From NCBI RefSeq assembly GCF_009914755.1, contig NC_060947.1: a DNA stretch of 64,000 nt; one strand, 5' to 3'. Origin of the DNA: the human T2T-CHM13v2.0 reference genome, Homo sapiens. The notes beneath the pieces are model-generated. The model saw nothing but the letters and a program-made list of their open reading frames with translations. It did no database searches and had not been told where the DNA came from. The position numbers and the translations under genes were made by a program. Numbering within the stretch: the stretch's first letter is position 1; each line of letters starts with the position of its first letter. Shown one piece after another: positions 50,953-64,000 of the stretch.

Positions 50953-51521
50953 TGTATTAGATTTTCTAATTTTGCTGTAACACATTAGCATGAACATAGC
51001 GACTTTAAACAAGAAAACTTTATTATCTACCATTCTTGAGTTCAGAAGTCCAAAATGGGTTTCCCAGAACTAACATTAAGCTGTTGGCAGGGCTGTGTTG
51101 CCTCTGAAGGCTGTAGGCTTCCCTGCCTTTTCCAGCTGCTGGAGGCTGTCTTGGTTTGTGGCCTCCTTTCTCCATCTTCAAAGCTATAAACATTACAGCT
51201 CTCTGACCACTTTCTAGTAATCATATTCTCTCTGATTCTTTTTTTTTCTGTTTTCCTTGTTCAATTTTAAAGACACTTAAAACTCTGTTGGAATTATAAT
51301 TGCAATGGAGTCAAATTTATACATCATCTTAGGATGAACTTTTTTATTATTTGGTGTACCTGGATAATCTAGGATTATCTCTCTATTTAAAAAAGGCCGC
51401 TGATTAACCATCTGAATTTTATCTGTAACCTTAATTTTCCTTTACCATGTAATGTAACGTATTCACAAATTCTGGTAATTAGGGTGTGACCCTTTTATGG
51501 GGTGCTATTCTCCCTACCACA
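50953..51521 (-). mobile_element. MLT1B/C-like LTR
   Basis: TGTATTAG...CCCTACCACA with typical internal motifs. Confidence 0.75.
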
Positions 51522-51759
51522 AGGTACAATTAATAATCACACCAAGACCCAGGTATTAACATATTTTTTCATGCAGCTAGTTCCATATGATCATCCTAAT
51601 TGTGTATGCTATCTAGTGCATTTTTCTTTGTAGATAGATAGACTTTATCAAGTGGAGAAAGCACCCTTATAACCCAATTTGGTAAATCTTACATCAATAT
51701 ATTCAACGTTAAAATCATCTCTATATTATTCTATAATAATTCTAATTTGTACGTAGGGG

Positions 51760-51800
<41 letters not shown>
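51760..51800. repeat. (TG)n microsatellite
   Basis: About 20 TG units. Confidence 0.95.
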
Positions 51801-51803
<3 letters not shown>

Positions 51804-53064
51804 TTAGTTCGTTTATATTATTTAAGGATTTTGCATCTATATTCATAAGGGTCACTGCTTTTTATTTTATTTGGCAATTCTTCTCTGGTTATAAAATTTA
51901 TGCTACCTTGTAAATTTCATTCAGGATATTCCAACTTTTTCTATTCTTTGAGGGAACTCTAGATTAATTCATATATTTCACTTAACCTTGAATGTGTCTT
52001 GGAAAATTCTAATTTTCTAAAGAGAAATTCCATTTTATCTAACTTTACAAATCTACTGGCATACAATTGTTTAAAATAAATATTATATTTTTTTCAAATA
52101 CTTGCCTTGTTTTAATTCACAATATTGCTTTCTGTACTTCCTTTTTCATCCCTTTTGGCCGAGTTTTATCTATTTTATTATTATTTTGAGAGAAGAACCC
52201 TTTGGCTCATTTGATTCTTACTATTATATATTTTTTCTCTTTTATTTCTGCACTTTCATTAATTATTTTCTTCTTTCTACTTCCTTTGAGTTAATCATAC
52301 TGTTCTTCAACATATTTTGTAGGATGTTTACTTAATTAATTTTCAGCATACTTTTCTACTATTAGCACTTCATGCTATAAATTTTATTTAAGTATCTTTT
52401 ATCTGCAGCCTGAAAGATTTATATATATGATTTTATTATCAAGTATTTATAAATGTATTCTAATTAATTATCATGAGTAATTTGGCAGGTGCCTTTAAAT
52501 GTTGATATGTGTGTGGCTTTTATCTATTTATTGATATGTAGATTTTTGTAAATATTGCACACATCCTTGAAAAGAATGTGCATCTTTGATTTGACAGTAC
52601 AAATTCCCATATGTGTCCATTAGCTTCAGTTAATTATGTTATTCTAAGTTTTCCTATCTTTTCTATTTTTTTTTGTAAAAATTTGTATTGCTGTACATAA
52701 ATGTAACAGTTATTACATATTGAGGTAACCCCATATTTTCATTTTCATTTGGATGAAATCACTGAGTCAATTCTTGGCATATTTGTAGCACTTATATAAA
52801 AAGAATAGTTTGGTGAAGTTTTACTTTTTTTTAGTGAGAATGGATGCTTAAAAGAGACTAGTTTTTTTTTTTTTACTTTATTTTTCTCTACCTTTTAATA
52901 AAGACTAAAAGCTTTCTAAGGTCGGTGCTAAAGTAAGACCATCTATGTTCATAATTAAGAAAGGCATTGCTCTATTAATAAAATAAGTTACACTAGAGGT
53001 CCTCCTTAATTTATATGTGCTTGATGTGTCATTTACTGAACAGAAGTGTATTAAAATGACCTAT

Positions 53065-53644
53065 GTACCAGGCAGAATTCTAAGACTCCCCCCCACAAGA
53101 TTCCTGGCCCCTACTATACATACCTCTTCATTATTCATTTAGATCCTAATGTAGGTACTGCTATGAAGTAACTGACTGAATGTAATTAGGATGTCAAATT
53201 AACCTTAGGATAAGGAGATTATCTGGGTAGGTCTGACCTAATCATGTGATCCCTTTAAACATAGTTTTCTCCAAGGATTTTAGATGAGGAAGTCACTGTG
53301 AATTGCTAATGTGGGCCCTGTGGTTCTGAACTTTGGGAGGCTTCCAGGAAGTGAGAGTGGTCTCAGACCAATAGCTTATGGGGGAGAAAGGACCTTTGTC
53401 CTTCCACCACAGGAAAATGAATTCACTAATAACCAATAAACCTGGAAGAAGATTCTAAGCCCCAGATAAAAAACTCAGCCATAACCAACATTTTGTTTTT
53501 AGCCCCTTGAGAGCTTGAAAAGAGAATCCAGCCACAGTTTGGCCAGACTTCTCACCTACAAAATGTATGAGCTAATAAATTGGTGCTCTTTTAAAGTTTC
53601 AAAGTTTGTGGTAATTGATTATACAAGAGTAGAAAACTGATACA
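53065..53644 (+). mobile_element. MLT1 LTR
   Basis: GGCAGAATTCTAAGA start, GAAAACTGATACA end. Confidence 0.7.
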
Positions 53645-53894
53645 AGGTATGATGCCTATAATGGTTTTTGTTCTTCATGGTTATTTTATTTGGAGCATAA
53701 TATCATATCATCTATGTACTGAGTGTTATATATAAGGCATCAACTCAGTGAATCTCTTACTCAGGCATGTCCTTATCTCCTGACACTTATTATAATGGGT
53801 CTTACTCTATATACCACAGTTCCCTAACTTGAATACTCATTTTTCACTCGATCTCTATCATAATCTAAACAGTGGCTTTATAAATTACCGTATG

Positions 53895-54464
53895 TATAGA
53901 CCAAAAATAAAATTCTAAGGCCCACCAACCATCTGAATGGACTTTCCCCTCAGCCAGGGTGCTTTCAAAATTTAACCTGAGAGACTGGTTCAGGCCATGA
54001 TGTGGAGTTGGACGTGCCTCATTATTCCTTTGCAGTATTACTGTCAACACAGACCTTTAAGTCTGATAAGAAGCATTTACAATCTACTCTCTCTGAAGCC
54101 TGCTACCTGGAGGCTTCATCTGCATGGTTAGACTTTGGTCTCCGCAACCTTTTATCACCACCCAGACATTTCCTTTCTATTGATTCCAGGTCTTCAGATA
54201 AACTCAACCAATTGTCAACCAGAAAATTTTAAATCTACCTATAACCTGAAAGCGCCCCCCTGGACCAAACCAATGTGTTTCTTAAATGTATTTTATTGAA
54301 GTCTCATGTCTCCCTAAAATGTATAAAACCAAGCTGCACCCCGGCCACCTTGGGCAAATGTTCTCAGGACCTCCTGAGGGCTGTGTCACAGGCCATGGTC
54401 ACTCATGTTTGGCACAGAATAAATCTCTTCAAATATTTTACAGAGTTTGACTCTTTTGTAGACA
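53895..54464 (+). mobile_element. MER4-group solo LTR
   Basis: ACCAAAAATAAAATTCTAAGGCCC start, shares 3' half with the MER4A copies; TSD TATG. Confidence 0.8.
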
Positions 54465-55389
54465 TATGGTTACCACAGTAATCAAAATTCAAAATATCAG
54501 AGTTGTAAGATTTTCATTTAGAGTCTAGGGTGAATTGAACTTGTTTTAATTTGTATATTTTATATTTTATTTGTAATTTTGTTACTTGGATGTATTGAAT
54601 AGAGGTGAAGTCTTGGCTGTTAGTGTACATATTACTTGAATAATGTACACTGTACCCATTAAGTAATTTCTCCTCATCCATCCTTCCCCGTTTTCATCCC
54701 CACATCCATCCCAGTCTCCAGTGTCTTTCAGTCCACACTGCTGTGAGCAATGACTGTTTGGGGCCGGTTTCCCAGGTGGTAAGAGAATTTACCAAGACAG
54801 AAATAAAACAACAGAAGAGAATGTTTAGGGAGGAACACTGCTATATAGTAGCAATAGACAGTAGCAAGAGAGCTGCTATCTGCCAAGAGGCAGAAATGTG
54901 AGGGGGTTTTATAGGACAGTGTTGGAGGAGTCTACATGCAAGTGCGATTGTGCTATATGCTAAGAATATGTTGGGGTAATTTTTAACTGCGAGGCCTTTC
55001 CTCTCCAGGTGCCTAAGGGAAACACTCTGCTACTTTTAGCCATCTTGCAACCAGCATGCCTTCTGCTCTGGAGTTGCAAGACAATAGCTGTATTTTTTTC
55101 CACACCAAGTGGTTGCAAGTGGGATTAGGCCCCTGTTTCACCAGCATGGCTTCTTCCCAGTTCCTGTGAACTTATTGATTTATTAGGAGCCCCCATATAC
55201 ATTACTCAGCTCCCACTTATAAGTGAAAACATACAGTATTTTTCTTTCTGATTCTGAGTTGTTTCACTTAAGAAAATAGCCACCAGTTTCATCCATGTTG
55301 CTGTATAGTGAACTGGATTTGGAATACCATGGTATTCTGTATATATGTTATTGTCAGTTTCAGCTAACAGGGCATGACAATGGCTGTGA

Positions 55390-55753
<364 letters not shown>

Positions 55754-56174
55754 GAGAAAGGAATTTTCATTATTTTTTTTTCTGTGGCAGTGTAGGAAAC
55801 ATGGACACCAAATAACTCTAAAACATTTTATCTATAATTTCTAGTCTACATATGCTTTAAGCCTAAGTGAACTATTATGAACATCAGTTATGTGCAAATA
55901 CTGTGCTAGTTACTCTCAATTATGATATTAGTTTCTGACATAACCCTGTGTACTAGGTGGATATAATTCTAGTTTTACAGGCAAAGAAACTAAAACTAAA
56001 ATAGATTAGGTAATTTCCTGAGTTCCTAAAGGTGATTGATCACAAGGCTCTTACTCCAGAACCTGAGCATTTAAATAGGTCAGTGATTTTTCATATTCAC
56101 TATATAAAACTGAAGTATTTTCAGAGATATTCATATGTTCCACAAACATTTGCTTGGATTTTTATCTTAATATA

Positions 56175-57417
56175 CAGTTGTCCCCTGGAAAACATGGGTT
56201 TGAACTGCGTGGGTCCACTTATACAAGGTGTGTCTTCCACCTTTGCCATCCCTGAGACAGTAAGACCAACTCCTCCTCTTCCTTCTCCTCCTTATCCTGC
56301 TTAAAATGAAGACGAGAAGAATGAAGACCTTTATGATGATCTACTTCTACTTAATGAATAGTAAATATATTTTATTTCCTTATGACAGTCTTAACATTTT
56401 CTTTTCTCTAGCTCACTTAATTCTAAGAATACAGTATATAATACATACAACATACAAAATATGTGTTAAGCAACTGTTTATCAGTAATTATAGGGACAGG
56501 AGGCAGAGAAATTCTGGGCAGAAGAGGGCAGGTCCCTGTTGAGGGCCCTACCCTCAAGCCTGGAACTGTGGCCCAAAGTGAGAACACGTATCCTCATTTT
56601 CCCACTTGAATGTCGCCTTTTTCAAAACCACCCATGGCCCGCCCCACCCCTCATCCTGTGCCCATTAAAAACCCCAGGCTCTGTCACCAGAGAGAGGAGA
56701 AGAGGAGAAACACCTGGACATCAGAGACTATGGTCAGAGAGAAGCAGCTTGACTTCAGAGGGACAGTTTGATGGCGTAGCTTCAGAGAGGAGTCCAGCTG
56801 GGGATGGCCAGACTCTAGGGGAAGATTACCTTCTCCCTCCATCACCTTTTCAGCTCCTCTTCTTGCTGAGAGTCACTTTCATGAGCAATAAAATCCCCAG
56901 CATTTACCATCCTTCAAATTTGTTCATGTGACCTCATTCCTCCTGAACACTGGACAAGAACTCAGGCATGGTGCAAAAGGTGCAAAAGGCTGTCACACTG
57001 ACCATCCACTGAGCTGTTAACACTTAAGCTATCCGTGGATGGCAAAGCTAAAAAAGCACTGATTGTAACACTCCTTCTGGGGCTTCAGGGGTTGCGGGCA
57101 TCCCCCTAGATGCTGCCGCAGGGCCAGTATGAAGTTCATTCCTTCCAGCACCCAAAAGCACTCACCCCAGCTCCTGCACCTGCTCACCTGCACACTCCCT
57201 CTCATGAGGGATTGAGCACAGTGGGTACAACTGAGTGGAGTTCACTCCTGCTGGTATCCATGCACTCCAGTTCCCACCTGTGAAGGAGTCAGGGAAAATG
57301 TCAGGCTCTGATGAATAATAGGCTTAGTTAAATATTGGGAAAATCAAAAGTAATAGTGGAGTTTTGACTGTATGGGGACACAGCACCCCAACCCCTGTAT
57401 TATTCAAGAGTCAACTG
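56175..57417. mobile_element. Tigger2a-like non-autonomous element with nested MER50-like LTR (~56488-57303)
   Basis: TA-CAGTTG...CAACTG-TA terminal inverted repeats; GC-richer LTR insert beginning GGGACAGGAGGCAGAGAAATTCTGGGC. Confidence 0.8.
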
Positions 57418-59429
57418 TATATTGAGTATATAGTAAATTATTATTCAAACTTTCATAATATTAATAACTGGCACATTCAAATGTACCATGTACAAAAATT
57501 GTAACATGATGAAGATCAGCAGCACATTAGTTTTTGCTGCCTCATGTTCTTTTCTACTTTTGTCACCTCCCCAAATAGAAACCCATCTTGCCATTTGTCT
57601 TCTTTCGTGTTCTCATTCTTACACAGTTTTAAGATATTTTCTACCAAATAAATGTCATGTTTCTTTCCTCCCTTCTAAATTTTGTATCAATTTCTATAAA
57701 ACAATCTTGGAAGCAAAGCACTACTTCTCTTATCTATTCTCAAAACTGCTCCTTTCTCACTTCTGGCATTAACAGAAACCTGACTTTTTTTGTAATACAT
57801 GATCCCCCAACAGTTTACTGAAATTGAGACTTTTTCTTCTTCCACATAATGTGCACTTAAATTTGAAGAGTGTCACTAAGTATCCTCTTACACCCAACAG
57901 AGCCTCCATGCCATGAATCTATGTTTAAGTAACCATGAAGATTGCTCCGGGGCCCCAAGTCTTTCATATTCATTGACGATTTTAGTATCTGTGTCATACT
58001 TTCCCTCTCTACTTTATTTCCCACCATCATTCCTATTAACTATTGCATTCATTTGGGTGACTAGAGTTGTAACATGAATGTTCAGTTCTTTGACTTCAGC
58101 ATCTACAGTCATCCTTATCTCCAGTCTTACCTTGTATCAATCTCTCTCGCGTGGTTACATTATAGACTTAATCACGACTCAGATCTTCTCCAGCTTTGAA
58201 ATCTTAATGTCTAATGTTATACTGGCTTGTAATTTTACTCACATTATTATTATTATTTGACTTCAAGGAGATCTCCTAATTCTTGGTCATTATATTTTCT
58301 CCCAGGATTCTGGAGCCTCTCGGCTTTTATCTTATTTTTTACATTTTATTTTGTATACTAACATATAGCTGTTTCTCTGGTAATGCTCATTCTGATAGAA
58401 GCCAGCTTTTGTGTCAGAAGTCTGATCACCATGAGTGCACCATGTTGGAGAGGACACATTAGATGCTCCAGTCAACAGCCTGAATTGAGCTCCCAGTCAA
58501 TAACCAGCATCAATTACTAGACAAGTGAATGAGCCACACTAGACATTCAACTCAGTAAAATCTTCAGTTGTCTTTGGCCCTGGCTGATATCAGACTGCAA
58601 GTATATGTGAGATCCCAAGCAGGAAGTGCCCAGTTGATTCCTAACCCACAGAATCTGTAAAAATAATAATAGGGTTGCTTTTTTATGCTACTATACTTTA
58701 CTGATTTGTTAGGCATTGATAATAAAGAACAGTTTCCAATTTCAGCTGAGTCTTCAGTGAAATACTTCAATTCATTTACATGTTTTTATTTACCTACCTC
58801 TTCCAACCACCTCAATATTAATAACTATGACTTCTATCAAGTCTCCTTGGCAATCTCAACCCTGATCATGCTTGAATAAATACTCTAACTCAGAAAAGAA
58901 AAATTTGGGTCAGATCATTAAAGTGTTATATATTTGAGTTCTCTCCATTCCTACACCATCACCCCACCAGAACTAGTCCCTCTATGCACATCAAACCTCA
59001 TATTTTTTCTTTATCTTCAGAAGGTAAAGTGCCCTTTCAACTGTGCCTTTTACCAGACCATCTTTATTTCTTTTCTCCTTCCTTTTCCATGTTTCCTTCC
59101 TTCCCTCCCTCCTTCCTTCCTTCTTTTCTCGTTTTATTTTTCTTGTCTTTCTTTCTGTTTTTACTGAGAACCTAAGTATATGTAAGGAACTATGCTAGAC
59201 ACTATGCTTATAATTACCTGTTCTAAAAAGCTTTGCCCTTTTGTAAAGGAGGGCATAATACTTTCACTACTGTGTTCTTCCATAAGCCGTCCTGTAATAT
59301 TGGAGAGTTTTTCCACTTCTTCCACTGTGCTGATAACATCACTTCATCTCATAAACCTGCTCAATAACTTAACATTTTTTCACTTAGATGTAATTAACGT
59401 AACATAAAATTGACCATTATAAAGAACAT

Positions 59430-62400
59430 CCATATTAAAACTAAGAAATACCACAAATCAATAACCTAACTCACAAATTCAGAAACTAGTAAAAGAAGAG
59501 CAAAATAAATAGAAAGCAAGCAGAAGGAAATAATACAAATTAGAGCAGAAATAAATAAAATAGGAAGTAGAAGCAATACATAAATCCAACAGTTGCCTCT
59601 TGGTAAAGATCAACAAAATTTAGAATCCTTTAGCTAGACTTTCCAGAAAAAAAAAAAAAAGAAAGAGAGTTGACTGAATTTAATAAAATCAGAAATAAAA
59701 GAGACATCGCTACTAGTTTATAGAAAGAAAAAATAGTATAAGGGAATAGTATAAACAATTATATGACAACAGATTATCTAACCTAATCAGTATGGACAAA
59801 TTCCTAAATAGATACAAAGCCAACATAGGGAGAAATAGATAATCATTGTAGACCTGAATTGGCAATTTGAATACTTCCCACAGATGAAAGCACAGGACCA
59901 GATAGCTTCCCTGATAAATTCTATAAAATCTAAACAAAAATCAGTACAAATCCTTCACAAACTCTTTCAAAAATTATATAAGGAGAGACGACTTGCCACC
60001 TTCTATGAGGCTAGTAGTACCCTGATAGCAAAACCAGACAAAGACATCATGAGAAAGAAAAAAAAAAGAATACAGATATTTCTTATGAATATTGGCTCAT
60101 GATTCCTAAAGAAAATACCAGCTACCTGAATCAAGCAAAATATGAAAAAATAAATTATACCCAAAGACCAAATGGAATTTATCCTGCACCTCAAGTTTGG
60201 TTTGACATCCAAAAATCAATCAATGTATTACACCATAGGACGAACAAAAAATAAAAGACCTTCTTGACACAAGAAAAGCGTTTGACAAATTCAACACTTA
60301 AGAACTGAGGAATAGAAGGTAACCTCCTCAAGGTGCTAGAAACCATCTACAAAATACCTGCAGCTAATATCAGAATTAACAGTGAGACTACATGATTTCC
60401 CTCTAAGATCAGGAAGAAGACAAAGATGTCTGCTCTTAAAATTCCTAATCAACATTGTACTGGAGGTTCTAGCCAGTGCAATTGCATAAGAAAAGGCAAT
60501 AAAAGGCATTCAGACAGTAACAAAAGAAATAAAAGTACATTTGAAGATGACATAATCTTGAATATAGAAAATCCTAGGTAATTTATTGAAATCCTGTTAG
60601 AAATAATAAACATAAAAACATAATAAAAATAATGCACTTAGAATTAATCTTAAAATGACCCAAACACAAAAATCTATTTACAATATCATCAAAAAGAATA
60701 GAATACTTGTGAATAAATATATCTAAATAAATGCAAGGCCTGTATACAGAAAACCACAAAGCATCAGTAAAATAATTCAAAGACCAAATTAAAAGGAAAA
60801 AAACGCCTCATGCTCATGGATTGGAAGACATAATATTGTTAAGATGGCAATATTTTAAAAGTTGTTCTACAGATTAAATGCTTTTCCTGCCAAAATCCAA
60901 GCTGTCATTTATTTGCAGAAATTGATAGGCCAATTATAAAATTTATAATGAAATACAAGTGTAGGTGTATTAGTTCTCTATTGCTTATGAAACAATTTAC
61001 CAAAAAATTAGTTACTTAAACAACACGAATACCAGACTACATTCCTCTGGAAATGCTAGGATAAATGCACTTCCTTGCCTTTTCCAGCTTCTAGAAGCTG
61101 CCCCCATTCATTGACTTGTGGATTTATCATTCTGATTTCTATTTATGTTGTTAAATTTCCTTCTTTGAGTCTGACCACACTGTTTTCTTCTTATAAGTAT
61201 TCTTGTAATTATGTTGGGCCTACCTAAATAATAGTGATAAACTCTTCATTTTGAGATAGTTATCTTTATTACATACGCAAAGTCCCTTTTGCCATGCAAT
61301 GTAACGTATTCAGAGGCTCTGGGGATTAGAATATCTGTGGAGGGTGAAAATTCTGTCTACCAGATCAAGAGATTCAGAATAGCCAAAAAATGTATTTTAA
61401 AAAGCAAAGTCTCAGGACGCACATTTCCTGGTTTCAAAACTTATCACAAAGCTCTAATAATTAATACCATATGATACTGGCATAAGGGTAGACATATAAA
61501 TCAATGAAATATAATTGAGAGTCCAAAAATAAACCCTTAGTTTTATAGTCAGTTGATTTTTGTCAGCCGTGCCGAGACAACTCAATAGGGGAAAATAGTA
61601 TTTTCATAAAATGGTGCTGAGACTACTGAACATGCAAGAGAATGAAAATGGAACTCTGTCTCACAAGATGTAAAAAATGAACATGAAATACATAAAATTC
61701 CCTAATTATGAGAGCTAAAACTATAAAACTCTTAGACAAGTGTACTTCTAGAAGTAAATAGAAGTAAACCTTTATGACCTTGAGTTAGGCAATGATTTTA
61801 TAGATATGAAATCAAAAGGAGAAATGACAAAAGAAAAATAGGTAAGTTGGATTTCATAAAAATTAAAAACTTTGTCATTCAAAGGATATCATCAAGAGAC
61901 AAACAAAATGGGAGAAAACTTTTACAAATTATTTATGTGATAAAGAATTTATATCCAGAATATATAAAGAACTATAATTCAAAAATGAGAAGATAAATAA
62001 CATAATTTAAAAATGTGTAAAAGATTCTAATAGCTATTTCTTCAAAGAAGATTAAACAAATGACCAATACATGCATGAAAAGATGATCAAAATAATTAGT
62101 CATCAAGAAAATGCAAAGCAAAACTACAGTGAGATTTATATCATCACACCCACTAGGATGGCTATAATGAAAAAGATGTAAAATAACAATTGTTGTTTAG
62201 AATAGAGAGAAATTGGAGTCCTCATATATTGCTCGTGGGACTGTAACATGCTATAGCCTCTGTGGAAAACAATCTGTCAGTTTCTCAAAATATTAAATAT
62301 AAAGTTTTCACATGACCAACAATTCTACTCCTGGGTATGCAACCAAAAGAAATGAAAACTTAAGAACACACAAGGATGTGTGTGTGTGTATGTTCATAGC

Positions 62401-62850
62401 AGCAATATTTACAATTGCCAGAAAATGGAAGCAACCTAATATCTATCACTTGCTGAATGGATAGGAAAAATTTGTATGTCAATACAATGTAATGCTGTTT
62501 GACAATACAAATAACAAAGTACTGATACATGCTGTAACACAGATGAGCTTTGATTTCATTATGCTAATTATAGAATCCAGACACAAATGCCACATGTTGT
62601 ACAATTCCATGTACACAAAATTTCCAGAATTAATAATTTTTTAGATAATAAATGTAAGATTATTGACAATCTAGGGCTGGGGTGCTGGGGGAATGGAGAG
62701 TGACTATTATGTTGTGTAAGATTTATTTTAGAAGTGGTGAAAATTGTCTAAAATTGCTAGCGGTGATGGTTGCACAACTCTGTAAATATATTAAAAAATT
62801 TTAAATCACGTACTTTAAATGTGTGAATTGTGTGTTATGTAACTCACATC
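59430..62850 (+). mobile_element. Old L1M (MB/MC-like) ORF2 and 3'UTR with antisense MLT1 insert (~60966-61360)
   Basis: Degenerate ORF2 peptides (FYEASSTLIAKPDKD), L1M 3'UTR motifs. Confidence 0.8.
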
Positions 62851-63244
62851 TCAATAGATATAAAATGTATAAAATATAGGTTTTATATCTCAATTTAATT
62901 TTTAAAAAATTAAATGAAGATTAGAAAGACAGACAACAGCATGCTATGAGAAAGCCACCACGATACTATATAATGCCCAAAGTGTTGTAACTACTCATAT
63001 TTAATATGCGTAATATTCAGAAACCATGTGCACCATAATTCCATGGAATAACTCCACAGGACATTTAGGTATACCTAACCTGATTTCGAAGTGTACTTTT
63101 TCAATTTCTCTGGGCATGCAGATGCTGACATTAGTATGGGATTATGAAAAGTCTGAAATAAATGCTGTTTACATTTCGAATTTTCTTTGTATTAAAAAAG
63201 AAGAGGAGGTAATTCATGATAACTTTCTGGTGAGACAGAGCTTA

Positions 63245-63661
<417 letters not shown>

Positions 63662-64000
63662 CTAAGTGTATAAAGTGTCTAGATTATTAGTGAAACTTTT
63701 CATTTTTTCTCAGGCTTTTCACTATATTGCTGGTCCAGGTTTTGTCTATTAGTCTGGGATACATCAGAGGCAATCATGACTTATGAACGAGTGTGTAGGA
63801 GTCGTACTCCTGGCCAAGTTATTTGTACATCTGTTGAGTTTGATAGAAAATTTTAGCCATAAACTTTAACAAACTGAAAAAAAAATATCCTAGCTTATAA
63901 ACATAACTCTAGCCTTTGTTTAAGACCATATGCTCTGCCTGGTATTAAGAGAAGAGGTCACTAGCAATTCTAATACCATTCTGTCTGTAATTCATGAAGT

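Overview
Primate (human-like) gene-poor, AT-rich genomic DNA made mostly of nested interspersed repeats: old and young LINE-1s, Alus, MaLR/ERV solo LTRs, Tigger/MER DNA transposons, MIR/L2. No spliced host gene is evident. The one clear gene-derived segment is a young, CpG-rich, 5'-truncated processed copy of ANKRD11 (minus strand, 45073-47105; poly-A, AATAAA, 12-bp TSD). Its C-terminal ORF is still intact. It sits inside a young L1PA2/3-like ORF2 fragment, so its antisense strand reads in frame into the L1 reverse-transcriptase core (671-codon chimeric ORF, FADD intact). The host L1 is split into two oppositely oriented, nearly contiguous pieces. Other atypical integration or repair footprints: a 117-bp-arm palindrome at an Alu 5' junction, an L1 3' transduction, a two-segment templated insertion in a deleted MST provirus, and an Alu-associated deletion. 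Repeat subfamily names and protein numbering come from recalled consensus sequences and need confirmation.
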